A DNA stretch of 64,000 nucleotides, from the IMG/VR virus record IMGVR_UViG_3300042477_000769; one strand, 5' to 3'. Shown here in pieces: positions 16,952-26,691 of this stretch. Within the stretch, counting starts at the first letter, position 1; each line of letters opens with the position of its first letter. Origin of the DNA: a virus. Its lineage: Duplodnaviria > Caudoviricetes. A program made the position numbers and the translations under genes. The notes under the pieces were generated by a model. It had not been told where the DNA came from and made no database searches. It saw nothing but the letters and a program-made list of their open reading frames with translations.

Positions 16952-17857
16952 ATGGGTAAATTATTAGATAATAATTATGTAGATCAAAAGTTATTATCTA
17001 GATCAATTAAAAGAATTGATAATTATGTTAATATGCTGACTCCAATTAGGTTCACCTGCCTAACTTGTGATTATGTGTGGAAAAGTGCGCCTAATAACAT
17101 TATTAACAATAAATCTAATTGCCCTCAATGCTCCAATCGAATAACCGCCTCCAATGAAGAGATAGACCAAGCTTTACTGGGCCGGACATTCAAAAGAATA
17201 AGCAATTACCTTAACAACCATACGAAAATTAAATTTCAGTGTTTATTAGATAATTTTATTTGGGAAACCACTAGCAAATCTATTCTGTTACTTCACAGTG
17301 GTTGTCCCAAATGTGCTAAAGTTAATAAGTTAACTAACGAGGATGTAGACCTTAAATTAAAAAATAAAAATATTCTTCGCTTACAAGATGTTATCAATTC
17401 GGCTACTAAAATATCCGTCCAATGCCTGACCTGTAGTTTTATATGGAATAGTTCTCCACATAATCTATTAACTAAAAATAGAGGTTGCCCCAAATGTAAC
17501 TTGCCGGGATCTAATGAAAAATCAATACTTACTATGTTGGATAGTTATTGTGTTTCTTATATGTCACAATATAATATAAGACATATAGATTCGGGAGCGC
17601 CAAATTATCGAATAGATATTTTTATTCCGGGCAAAAATTTAGCCATTGAGTATCATGGGCGGCAGCATTATCAACCCACTGGATTTGGCTCTAATAATCC
17701 TCAGTTATGTTTTACTAAACAAGTTCAGCGAGATTCATATTTACGCCAATTCTGTCAAAAAAATAATATTTCTCTTCTAGAAATAGATGGTAGAAAATAT
17801 TATGGTGTCAAATTAAAATCATACGTGATTAATCAAATCATTCCATTATTAAATTAA
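16952..17857 (+). CDS. Homing-endonuclease-like protein: zinc-ribbon repeats + Vsr/DUF559-like nuclease
   Basis: Repeats of C..C...W...P.N.......CP.C; RIDIFIP..NLAIEYHGRQHY, RD, LLEI. Confidence 0.8.
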   Translation: MGKLLDNNYVDQKLLSRSIKRIDNYVNMLTPIRFTCLTCDYVWKSAPNNIINNKSNCPQCSNRITASNEEIDQALLGRTFKRISNYLNNHTKIKFQCLLDNFIWETTSKSILLLHSGCPKCAKVNKLTNEDVDLKLKNKNILRLQDVINSATKISVQCLTCSFIWNSSPHNLLTKNRGCPKCNLPGSNEKSILTMLDSYCVSYMSQYNIRHIDSGAPNYRIDIFIPGKNLAIEYHGRQHYQPTGFGSNNPQLCFTKQVQRDSYLRQFCQKNNISLLEIDGRKYYGVKLKSYVINQIIPLLN

Positions 17858-17868
17858 AAGGAAATAAT

Positions 17869-18063
17869 ATGTCAAATAAAAATGTTACTATTGCTTTAAA
17901 TGCGAGAAAAGATCGAGATGGGCAGGCGTTTTATGTAGGTAAGATCAAGGCACCGGTTCTGATCGACTGTACTCAAGGCGCGGTTTTTCTTATCTTCGTC
18001 TCTGATAAAGGTCAAGAAGAAATGCAAATTGCGTTAATGGATAATAAAGAGTTGGAGGATTGA
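17869..18063 (+). CDS. Small hypothetical protein
   Basis: AAGGA SD; 64 aa. Confidence 0.55.
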   Translation: MSNKNVTIALNARKDRDGQAFYVGKIKAPVLIDCTQGAVFLIFVSDKGQEEMQIALMDNKELED

Positions 18064-18064
18064 G

Positions 18065-18385
18065 ATGGCTCTTCATTTTGAAGATGTATGGGAAGAGGGC
18101 GAAAAATTACATACTGCTGATAATTCCTCGACTGAAGCGATTTTGGAAGAACTGTTATTGAAAATAAATTTGTATAAGGTTATTTCTTCAAAATCTGAAA
18201 TTCCATTAGAAGAATCTAAAAAGATAAAATCTCGCACTATGGGCGAGATCTTATTAACAATGGCGCATCTATCTTTAAAAGAAGATATTAATGTCTTTCA
18301 AGCACTGAAAACAGCCAATCAATACCGGGCAGCGGAGAATCTTTCTAAGATACCTAAAGAACTAAAACTGCCCGGTCGAAAATAA
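18065..18385 (+). CDS. MazG-like all-alpha protein (degenerate)
   Basis: EELL...MGEILL..AHLS...DINVFQAL pattern resembles MazG helices. Confidence 0.4.
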   Translation: MALHFEDVWEEGEKLHTADNSSTEAILEELLLKINLYKVISSKSEIPLEESKKIKSRTMGEILLTMAHLSLKEDINVFQALKTANQYRAAENLSKIPKELKLPGRK

Positions 18386-18721
18386 TCAGCCTAATACTTC
18401 GAAAGTATAAGCTTGTTGCACTTTATTTTCATCTGTTAGCTTTTGTAAAGTAGCTTGAATAATGTTAGCTGCGGCTTGAGATTGTTGACCTTCTTTAAAT
18501 CTAATGTACATCGTACCTCCACGAGCAAAACATTGTGCTAATGTTTTTTGTACATTAAGGGGTAAAGCATCATACAACACTTTGCCTGCATTTTTTTGAG
18601 TAGGCACTGGCTTTAAACTATTAGGTGGGGGTAATTGTTGAGCCAATTTATTAATTATTTTTTGTTGGTTATCAGCAATAGTAACTAACTTCTCAATCAT
18701 TTTCTTGGTATCCATTATCAT
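18386..18721 (-). CDS. Hypothetical protein (paralogous N-terminus with 18747..19148)
   Basis: TAAGGAGA SD; IEKLVTIADNQQKIINKLAQ. Confidence 0.6.
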   Translation of the reverse strand: MIMDTKKMIEKLVTIADNQQKIINKLAQQLPPPNSLKPVPTQKNAGKVLYDALPLNVQKTLAQCFARGGTMYIRFKEGQQSQAAANIIQATLQKLTDENKVQQAYTFEVLG

Positions 18722-18746
18722 TCTCCTTATTAGTAATAACTAAATA

Positions 18747-19148
18747 TTAATATTTTTTACCTGCTGTTTTGGGAGCCGGATCTTTAAAAATCATTCCAAC
18801 TCGACCATCCAGCTCTGGTTTCTGAGCAGCAATTTGTTTTTCAAAATTAGTTTTAAATAGCATTCTAGCATTTTCTGGAATAACTCCAGTCACAATATAA
18901 GTGCTACTGATGACAATGTTGCTATTATCTGGGCTCGTTCCACCCGGAATATATTCTATTGACTCTGGAGTCATACCTGGCACGCCAGAATTAACTGCTG
19001 CTGTCATCCAAGTTTTGGATAAATATTTTTTATTACCTTCAATATCCTCTTTATCTTCTGATAATTGAGCTAATTTTGTCAGCAACATTTGTTGTTTTTC
19101 TGCCAATTTAAATAACTTGGTCAAGATTAATTTATCTTTAGCACTCAT
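18747..19148 (-). CDS. Hypothetical protein
   Basis: TAAGGA SD; LTKLFKLAEKQQMLLTKLAQ. Confidence 0.6.
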   Translation of the reverse strand: MSAKDKLILTKLFKLAEKQQMLLTKLAQLSEDKEDIEGNKKYLSKTWMTAAVNSGVPGMTPESIEYIPGGTSPDNSNIVISSTYIVTGVIPENARMLFKTNFEKQIAAQKPELDGRVGMIFKDPAPKTAGKKY

Positions 19149-19162
19149 AATAGTCCTTATGG

Positions 19163-19609
19163 TTATTTTCCATTCAATGCTTGTTTTAATAAGTAAACCG
19201 ACTCTTCTCTTTTAGAGGCAATAGCCATGATCATATCATCTAGCCCGAGAGTCATCTTGCCTTCTTTTTTTAAACATTCATAGGCTGACGCAGAGAAAGT
19301 TATAAAATCTTTCTCGACCTCCATAGACATTTCCTTAGGAGAGCCTTCTAAATTACTATACTTTGATAGTATTTTATTAACTAATTCCGTTTGGAAATCG
19401 TAATTCATGATTTCTTCGCCTAAAACTCCAATAAATTTTTCGGCGGCCAAATCTAAATCTTCAGAAGCTGATTCATATAATCTTTTAAATAGTAAATGGT
19501 CTCCATAAAAATTGGAACCTTTGGTAGTCCAATGATTATGCTGATGAATTAACGCCATACATTTTAAAGTGGCGACATATAGCGCGGCAATTTTATTACA
19601 TTTATCCAT
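19163..19609 (-). CDS. Ferritin/Dps-like four-helix protein
   Basis: HQHNHWTTKGSNFYGDHLLFKRLYE...DLAAE. Confidence 0.75.
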   Translation of the reverse strand: MDKCNKIAALYVATLKCMALIHQHNHWTTKGSNFYGDHLLFKRLYESASEDLDLAAEKFIGVLGEEIMNYDFQTELVNKILSKYSNLEGSPKEMSMEVEKDFITFSASAYECLKKEGKMTLGLDDMIMAIASKREESVYLLKQALNGK

Positions 19610-19733
19610 AAATCCCTATTTTTCTTAATGCCATTTAATATAATTTTATTAGTATGTCAGCTTATCTATCCTATTATGTCAGATAGGTGCCGCTGTTTAT
19701 CTTATAAAAACAAACCCTGGATTAAAAACAAAT

Positions 19734-20168
19734 TTGGGAACTGACTCTCGACAAATGAACGGGGGATATTATAGGGGGACTTATGTTATATTTGATCTTA
19801 GGAGAAGCCCATCGGAGTATAATGTGAAAAAACCTAAAGTAGTAAGTTTCTTTCAATTTAAAGATCTTACTTATCAACAAGTAGTAACTGAAATTAATAA
19901 AGAGTTACCTATTAATCTTAAACATAATGAAGAGTTAGTGGATAGGATCCATAAAAAATATCCCATATTAACTAAAACAGAAATCAGCATTATTGTCAAA
20001 GCTGTGTTTCAATCTTTACGCGATTTATTGTTATTAGGAAAGGTATTAAATTTTAATACCTTATTTTTTGATACTAAATTGTATTTTTTTACCCATCTTA
20101 GGGACGGCAATATATTACCTGCACTGAAAGTACAGATGTCGACTCCCCCACCATTGAGGAAAATATGA
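19734..20168 (+). CDS. HU/IHF-like DNA-binding protein (true start probably downstream)
   Basis: ELVDRIHKK...LTKTEISIIVKAVFQSLRDLLLLGKVLNF. Confidence 0.55.
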   Translation: MGTDSRQMNGGYYRGTYVIFDLRRSPSEYNVKKPKVVSFFQFKDLTYQQVVTEINKELPINLKHNEELVDRIHKKYPILTKTEISIIVKAVFQSLRDLLLLGKVLNFNTLFFDTKLYFFTHLRDGNILPALKVQMSTPPPLRKI

Positions 20169-20482
20169 GTGCTAAATTAGAAGAATTTGATGTAGAAATT
20201 GATGAAAGTTTAAATATTAATCTTAATGATATTAAGGATAAAATTCCTACCTTCACCTCCGCTAAATTATGTGAAATCATTGTCTGTGATAGATATTTTG
20301 GGTCTTATCCAGAATTAGCGGTATTAAGTATGCAAGAATTATCTACTCGCCGTATTAATGGCGATACTTTTGATTTTGAAGCCTATATAGATAATTCGTT
20401 TAAAGAATTACCCAAATTAGATTTTTCTTTACCTGACATTGGTAATGTTATGAGGCAATTTGCCGGAAAATTCAAACCATGA
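20165..20482 (+). CDS. Hypothetical protein
   Basis: Overlapping operon gene. Confidence 0.55.
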   Translation: MSAKLEEFDVEIDESLNINLNDIKDKIPTFTSAKLCEIIVCDRYFGSYPELAVLSMQELSTRRINGDTFDFEAYIDNSFKELPKLDFSLPDIGNVMRQFAGKFKP

Positions 20483-21003
20483 ACCTGGAATTAAGAGAAC
20501 AAATTGTTAAACATATATTAGCTAATTTAGCTATTATTCCTTCTACTTATGTTGCTTTGGATAAAAGTAAATCCTTGAAAGGTCAAGAATTTCTGTTACC
20601 TGAAAAGATCAATTTTCAAGATGAACATGGCCATGTATTATCTAATAAATTGTGGGGATGTCAATTTGCTGCGGAACAGCAAGAATTAAAAATATTATTG
20701 GTAGATTGCTCTACTTCTACAGATATCCCAGAGTATGCGGTCCTAGTATCATTAAAAAACCAGCCCATGTATGGAGTTTATTTAGTTGATAACTCCGAGG
20801 TAGAGTCGGAGGCTTTAATTGCCGTATCTTTAAATGGTAAAGATTGGTTAGAAGCTAATACTTATATTCAATCTACTTTTTTATCTGCAATGGAAAATAT
20901 TAAATCTATGGGGTTAGCTTGGTCAAAATGTCAAGAGTACCAAGACAATTTATCTCATTTATTACAGTTTATTAAATTTCATTCTTATGTCTACGGTGAA
21001 TAA
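20479..21003 (+). CDS. Hypothetical protein
   Basis: Overlapping operon gene. Confidence 0.55.
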   Translation: MNLELREQIVKHILANLAIIPSTYVALDKSKSLKGQEFLLPEKINFQDEHGHVLSNKLWGCQFAAEQQELKILLVDCSTSTDIPEYAVLVSLKNQPMYGVYLVDNSEVESEALIAVSLNGKDWLEANTYIQSTFLSAMENIKSMGLAWSKCQEYQDNLSHLLQFIKFHSYVYGE

Positions 21004-21452
21004 TGCGAGGGAAAAAGAAAGATACCCAATTCATTACACAATTTATAACGCAGTGCGTTAGCCAAGGATATTCTCAACAAGAGGAGATGCTAACTATAGC
21101 AAAACATAAAATTGAAGAAATAGATTCTATAATTAAAGAAGCGGAAATAAAAAAAATAGAAAGATCCAAATTATTGGATGTAATTGAGTCTTTAATGTCA
21201 GAACAGGTTAAGTGTGAAGACGATCAAATATTACCACTATATAATATTCAGTATCCTGAAATTAGTCGACAAGTCTGTCATTTAATTAAAACTAAACCTA
21301 TTAGCATTTCTGACATCCAAAATGTTTCTAAAGAGAATATGTTATTTTGTCTTAAACAACTAGTAGAGAATAAAGTTATTTATAAATCAGGAAATTTTTT
21401 ATTACGAGGGGACAACTTTGATAAGTATTTAACTCGGGTTCTTAAAGAGTAA
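21003..21452 (+). CDS. Hypothetical protein, coiled coil + possible winged helix
   Basis: C-terminal FCLKQLVENKVIYKSGNFLLRG. Confidence 0.5.
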   Translation: MRGKKKDTQFITQFITQCVSQGYSQQEEMLTIAKHKIEEIDSIIKEAEIKKIERSKLLDVIESLMSEQVKCEDDQILPLYNIQYPEISRQVCHLIKTKPISISDIQNVSKENMLFCLKQLVENKVIYKSGNFLLRGDNFDKYLTRVLKE

Positions 21453-21455
21453 ATT

Positions 21456-21782
21456 ATGTTTAGCGAATCAATAAGTAAAAAGAAACTATGGCAGTATGTT
21501 AACATTAAGATTAACAGAACTATTCATCATTACCATGTATTTAGCGTTATCTCTCTTTTATTTGAAGAGATTTTATCTGAATTAAAAGATAAGGGTGAAA
21601 TTAAAATTCATAATTTTGGTGTACTTTCCTTAAAACACTTGAAGCCTCGTCATTATTTTGATATTACTCGACAACAAGTCATGAGATCTAATGGATATCG
21701 AATTTTAAGATTTACGCTGGCGCCTCGGCTAAAGAAAAAAATTATTTCGTACCTTGACACCTCTACTAAGGAAATTACATGA
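21456..21782 (+). CDS. HU/IHF-like DNA-binding protein
   Basis: LFEEILSELKDKGEIKIHNFGVLSLKHLKPRHYFDI...LRFTLAPRLK. Confidence 0.75.
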   Translation: MFSESISKKKLWQYVNIKINRTIHHYHVFSVISLLFEEILSELKDKGEIKIHNFGVLSLKHLKPRHYFDITRQQVMRSNGYRILRFTLAPRLKKKIISYLDTSTKEIT

Positions 21783-22153
21783 GAAAAGGCCATCGACCCA
21801 CGGTTTACGTGTGCATACATTATTCTCAAAAAATCCACTCCGTAGTGGAAGCTGGTACCCCAGCCGACGCTTCGGATAATTTTATAAAAGAATTTACGGT
21901 GAAGCCCGACGAAATTTTGGGGCCGTTCTTTAAGAAGAAACCGCCGCTAGTTGAGTCGACTGCTAATTTGATATTTACCAATCAAACTAAAAATGCAGTA
22001 TATAACGATTGGTTAGTCACTGCTTTCTTATTGAAAGAACCTGCAGAGACAGCATTTTTAGTCTTCTTAAAAAGACTTGATGGTAAAAAAGTTCCACTGC
22101 CTACGGGCACTATTACTGTTCCTATTCACGATTTGAGGTTTATTGAATGTTAA
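21779..22153 (+). CDS. Hypothetical protein
   Basis: Overlapping operon gene. Confidence 0.55.
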   Translation: MRKGHRPTVYVCIHYSQKIHSVVEAGTPADASDNFIKEFTVKPDEILGPFFKKKPPLVESTANLIFTNQTKNAVYNDWLVTAFLLKEPAETAFLVFLKRLDGKKVPLPTGTITVPIHDLRFIEC

Positions 22154-22500
22154 CTAAATTATTTACAGAACAAATTAAAAAGAAACTTCTCTCTGACCAA
22201 GAAGAGATCTTACAGAGAGTTTCCCATCGAGCAGATGTTGATACCGATGGCGATGAAGGTGATGAAATACAAGGTAATATGATTATTGAAATGCAAAATC
22301 AATTAAATTCTCGAGATCGAGACAAATTATCCAAAATTACTGAAGCCTTATCTCGAATTGATACTCAAGAATATGGAATCTGTGAAGATTGTGGAGAAGA
22401 AATTTCAGAAAAAAGATTAAATATCAACCCACATTTCATTACATGTATTCTTTGTGCAGAAACTAGAGAGATCGAACAAAAACAGAAACGGAGAGTGTGA
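22147..22500 (+). CDS. dksA: DksA/TraR-family C4 zinc finger regulator
   Basis: Coiled-coil tip GDEGD, EALSRI...YGICEDCGEEISEKRL...CILCAE. Confidence 0.88.
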   Translation: MLTKLFTEQIKKKLLSDQEEILQRVSHRADVDTDGDEGDEIQGNMIIEMQNQLNSRDRDKLSKITEALSRIDTQEYGICEDCGEEISEKRLNINPHFITCILCAETREIEQKQKRRV

Positions 22501-23086
22501 ATTGAATACTATTGTATTAGAAGCTACTGAGCATGGCGATATGCCAATTGATGTGTATCAAAAACTTTCTAATGATAGAATTCTCTTTATCTCTGATGAG
22601 ATTCATGATTCATTAGCGGCAGATATTGCAGCTACTCTTTTGCTAAAGGATGCTGAAGATTCAGATAAGAAAATTACTTTATTTATCAATTCACATGGCG
22701 GAGATATTCGTAATGTTTTGATGATTTGTGATATGATGAATATGATTTCCGCGCCTATTGAGACTGTCTGTGTTGGATCGGCGATGGATGAAGCGGCTAT
22801 TATTTTATCTTCTGGAACTCCTGGCATGAGATTCGCCACAAAAAATGCAGTTATTTCTGCTGGTCAATTAGTTAATACTTGGATGGTCAGATCTAATTTA
22901 ACAGATGCCAAAAAGAATTTGGAGCTTATTACTACTGATAATAAAAGAATGATGGAAATTCTAGCCAAAACTTCTAATAAAACTCTTAAACAGGTTATGT
23001 CTCATTTTGAGAGGCGAGTGTTTATGAATTCGCATCAAGCGATGAAATTTGGTTTAATTGACAAGGTAGTAGCTCTCAAAAAATGA
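22454..23086 (+). CDS. Catalytically inactive ClpP paralog (ClpR-like); likely TTG start 22502
   Basis: DVYQKL..DRILF, LFINSHGG fold motifs; nucleophile loop CVGSAMDEA (Ser to Asp); ISAGQ replaces MIHQP. Confidence 0.8.
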   Translation: MQKLERSNKNRNGECELNTIVLEATEHGDMPIDVYQKLSNDRILFISDEIHDSLAADIAATLLLKDAEDSDKKITLFINSHGGDIRNVLMICDMMNMISAPIETVCVGSAMDEAAIILSSGTPGMRFATKNAVISAGQLVNTWMVRSNLTDAKKNLELITTDNKRMMEILAKTSNKTLKQVMSHFERRVFMNSHQAMKFGLIDKVVALKK

Positions 23087-23676
23087 GGAAAAATATGAAA
23101 AACCATTCTGAACATTTAGCTATGCCCCATTTTTCAAGGTATTCTGACACTTATATTAAATTATCTAAACATAGAGTGATCTTTGTGGCTGAAGATTTTA
23201 CCGCTAAAATGGGAGCCGATTTGTCGGCGGTGTTATTATATTTAGACCATGAAGATCATGCCGCTCCTATTGAAATTTATATTCATTCTCAAGGGGGTGA
23301 AATTTCTGGATTATTTAATATTTATGATGTTATTCAGATGATTTCCGCTCCAGTTAAAACTATCTGTGTTGGTAAATGTTATTCTGCTGGAGCAATGTTA
23401 TTGGCCGCCGGAACCAAAGGGCAACGTTTTGCCATGAAAAATTCTAGCATTATGATTCATGGAATTCAAATGGGATTTCCTATTCCAGGAGAAGATACGA
23501 CCAATTCTAAGAATTTATTTAAATATTTAGAAGAGCATAATGATAGTTTTATTAAAATATTAGCTAATCATACTGGACATTCTTTCGAAAAAGTCAAACA
23601 AGATTGTTTGCAAGATTTATGGATGACGCCAAAACAAGCCTTAGAGTATGGGATTATTGATGGAATAATCCAGTAA
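23083..23676 (+). CDS. clpP: ATP-dependent Clp protease proteolytic subunit
   Basis: YIHSQGG, GKCYSAG (Ser), IMIHG (His), QDLWMTPKQALEYGIID (Asp). Confidence 0.9.
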   Translation: MRKNMKNHSEHLAMPHFSRYSDTYIKLSKHRVIFVAEDFTAKMGADLSAVLLYLDHEDHAAPIEIYIHSQGGEISGLFNIYDVIQMISAPVKTICVGKCYSAGAMLLAAGTKGQRFAMKNSSIMIHGIQMGFPIPGEDTTNSKNLFKYLEEHNDSFIKILANHTGHSFEKVKQDCLQDLWMTPKQALEYGIIDGIIQ

Positions 23677-23703
23677 TATGGATTTTTTAGATAGTTCAAT
23701 AAA

Positions 23704-24921
23704 TTATAGAATAATATTCCATAACTTATTTTTATAAGGTTTTAATCTTATTGGCTGAACTAATACAGCCTCTATCCCATTGCTAAAAGCGTCTGGGATT
23801 TCCTTTCTTAATATATTATAAGAGCCATTTACATCAGCATTTATTGTTATTCCAGATTTAGATCTAAATAAACCTCTTGTTAATCTTCTTCCCATATATT
23901 TTTTATGCTTTTTAATAGACTCTAAATCTAGAAAACTACATTTACTAGTATAGCTTTCTTCTCTCTCTACAATATCTATTCCCTCTAAAGCACATTTATA
24001 TTTTAACATCTCAAAAAATTTCCGATGTGGAATATTGACAAAATTTTGATTATTTTTATCACCCATATTAGTCTCTTGTTTCCAGGATTTATTGTGTCCG
24101 ATAACTAATTTAGACACTCCATGAGAAACTAAATGATTAACTAAATATCGGCTAGCTTTATGCATATAATCAGATATTTTATCATTTCGCTTAGAAGTAA
24201 GTTTTTTAATTTGTTTTGAAGTTTTTTGCTCTCCTGTTAATTTAGATTGTAATTCAGATCGTTTTTTATTATAAAACTGATTTATAGATTTTAATGGCCC
24301 TCCTGGAATTATAATAGGAGACCCTTTTGTAAAGGTAACTGTTGCCAAATTAGCGACTCCAGGATCTAAAGCAGCAATAACAGTACCTTTAGATTTAGTT
24401 TTTTCGGTTTTATTATAGACTATTTCAACGGTATGGTACATATCACCTGGAGTGATTCTCACTTGACAAATATCTTTATGTAGAATTTTTGTTGGTAATG
24501 GTAATTCTGCAATCCCAGAAGGTGACATTTTTTTCTTAGATATGGCTTGAGAAGTAAAAATTAATAAATTTCTACCTTTAGTTTTATGCTTAAAACCTGG
24601 TAATTTTGGAGTAGAAGTAAATTTACTAGGGTTCTTCTTAAAAGATTTAAGGGCTTTAAAAAAGTTTTTAAAAGCATTATCAACTTGAATTAATACATGT
24701 TGAGCGACTTTAGCTGGTAAAGCTCGATAATCTATTTGTTTTTCTAAAGCGAACTGCTTATCTAAGGCATGATATCCTAGGTAAGTTCTAGTCATTTCAA
24801 AATGTTTTCTAAATGCATAGACAGCAGAATTATAAAGATTCTTTGATAAAAACAACTTATAATCAATAAGTTTTCCTTTGAAGGATTTTTTATTTATTCT
24901 ATGTCTTTCTACTAACTGCAT
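23704..24921 (-). CDS. tnpB: TnpB-family RNA-guided endonuclease (IS ends not identified)
   Basis: SKNLYNSA, ALDPGVANL, EESYTSKCS, NADVNGSYNI. Confidence 0.9.
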   Translation of the reverse strand: MQLVERHRINKKSFKGKLIDYKLFLSKNLYNSAVYAFRKHFEMTRTYLGYHALDKQFALEKQIDYRALPAKVAQHVLIQVDNAFKNFFKALKSFKKNPSKFTSTPKLPGFKHKTKGRNLLIFTSQAISKKKMSPSGIAELPLPTKILHKDICQVRITPGDMYHTVEIVYNKTEKTKSKGTVIAALDPGVANLATVTFTKGSPIIIPGGPLKSINQFYNKKRSELQSKLTGEQKTSKQIKKLTSKRNDKISDYMHKASRYLVNHLVSHGVSKLVIGHNKSWKQETNMGDKNNQNFVNIPHRKFFEMLKYKCALEGIDIVEREESYTSKCSFLDLESIKKHKKYMGRRLTRGLFRSKSGITINADVNGSYNILRKEIPDAFSNGIEAVLVQPIRLKPYKNKLWNIIL

Positions 24922-25031
24922 AAGTATATATACTGATATTACCTGTTTACAGAAACATTTTTCTATATTTGTCTTCTTTTATGCATAATACATATATTTA
25001 TTTACAATACTAATCATTTCACATAAGTAAT

Positions 25032-26297
25032 ATGATTAAATTATCTAGAAAAAAGTCATCTGATCCATTGCAAGAGCATTTACGGGAGACTAAATCTTTA
25101 TGGAATAAAGATGTTTCTAGTTTTATTACTAATCTAATCAATGTAAAAAAAACCATGAATGGGTCTCCTTCTAAATTTCATCCAGAAAAAGGGACTATTA
25201 AAGAACCGATTTTAGGAGATCCGCAGACATTATTGAATGGTTTAGCTAATGATTTTAGTGAAATTATTCAACATGGCAATAAAATAATTAGTGAACAATT
25301 AGAATATTCTAAAAATAGAAAAAAACCGACTGTTAAATCTCCTAGTAATTTGAGTGATGCCGTTCAAAAAGTACTTACTAGTAGCATTGAATACCAGTTA
25401 CTGGCAGAGGGATCCAATCCACTGACACGTTTTTGGACTCGGTTAAAGAATCCAATGATTGGATTTAGTGAACAGGCTGATTTACGTCGAACTCAAATTT
25501 CTATGTTAAATTCTTGCGCTGATTCTTTTTATGATTTAGATAAATTTCAAGTATTAGTAGTTAAATCTTCTAAAGAATCTATTACTGAGGCGCATAAAAA
25601 ATTAGAATCAGCGGCTCATAATTGGAATTTAGTGTATAGAATTTTTAATAAATTTAAATCAACCTCTTCTACCAATAGAGAAAATATAGTTAATACTCAA
25701 CCATCAGTTAATACTGAACTAATTAATTCTCCAGAAGATAATTCATTAAAAAATGATCTGATTAATCCAGAAATAAACATCAAGCAAATGGTGTTGGATT
25801 ATAAAAATAACATCAAATTTTTACCCGAAATTTTCATTTCTAATGAATTAGATGTTGCGGTAGATAAATTTATTTCTAGTCGAGGAAAGAAAGTTGATCT
25901 TGATTTAGATAAATTATATTATCAAGCGATTGCTCAAGTAAATGAACAGTTAAAAACGGATTTTCATTCTTTCCAAGAAATTGGAGATTTCTTTAAAAAA
26001 TCTTCTTCTATGGAAGAAAATATGATTGAAAAGAAAGCTCAAGACTTTCTAAAAAAGTGGTTAGGCAAAACTAAGCATCAATTAAATTTTTTAAATCCAG
26101 GGACCTCTAACTTTAGATTAAATTGCTTTAAAGAAGCGGAAAATATTAAATCTGATCTAAATAAGATAATGAATATTTTAGAAGATTCTATTAATGTCGA
26201 AGAGTTAGAACCTCTAATGAAATCTGTGAATTCTAATTTTGCTAGTCTAAAAGGACTCATGAGTTCCTTATATTTATCCTCTAGGCCCAACAAATGA
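25032..26297 (+). CDS. Hypothetical helical protein
   Basis: 421-aa ORF, no recognised motif. Confidence 0.6.
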   Translation: MIKLSRKKSSDPLQEHLRETKSLWNKDVSSFITNLINVKKTMNGSPSKFHPEKGTIKEPILGDPQTLLNGLANDFSEIIQHGNKIISEQLEYSKNRKKPTVKSPSNLSDAVQKVLTSSIEYQLLAEGSNPLTRFWTRLKNPMIGFSEQADLRRTQISMLNSCADSFYDLDKFQVLVVKSSKESITEAHKKLESAAHNWNLVYRIFNKFKSTSSTNRENIVNTQPSVNTELINSPEDNSLKNDLINPEINIKQMVLDYKNNIKFLPEIFISNELDVAVDKFISSRGKKVDLDLDKLYYQAIAQVNEQLKTDFHSFQEIGDFFKKSSSMEENMIEKKAQDFLKKWLGKTKHQLNFLNPGTSNFRLNCFKEAENIKSDLNKIMNILEDSINVEELEPLMKSVNSNFASLKGLMSSLYLSSRPNK

Positions 26298-26647
26298 AAG
26301 AAGGATTCATCTATATTGAAGAATATATATTTCCAACCTTGTTAGCTGTTTCTGCGGAAGAACAAGCTCAAGGATTGATGTATCAAAAGTGGCCTCCACC
26401 AGTAATGACTTTTATCTATAAACATGCTAGTAATAACAAATTTTGGATGAAAAATACTCCTAGTCCGTTAGATATTTTATTCTGTTATCAAGGTAGAATA
26501 AAACAAATTCATCATGGAGAGCCGTTCTCTACTGCTATTATTGGCGATAATAGTTTAAGTGATTTAGTAATTGAATTACCTCACGGAACAGTTGATAAGT
26601 ATGGGTTTAAAGTGGGCCATAAAGTTGGATTAATTTTTCCGAATTGA
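26294..26647 (+). CDS. DUF192-family protein
   Basis: QAQGLMYQ, FWMKNTPSPLDILF, VIELPHG. Confidence 0.85.
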   Translation: MKEGFIYIEEYIFPTLLAVSAEEQAQGLMYQKWPPPVMTFIYKHASNNKFWMKNTPSPLDILFCYQGRIKQIHHGEPFSTAIIGDNSLSDLVIELPHGTVDKYGFKVGHKVGLIFPN

Positions 26648-26691
26648 TTATTTAAAAATTAATTTTTAAATTCAACCGCGTTTTTTAAACG

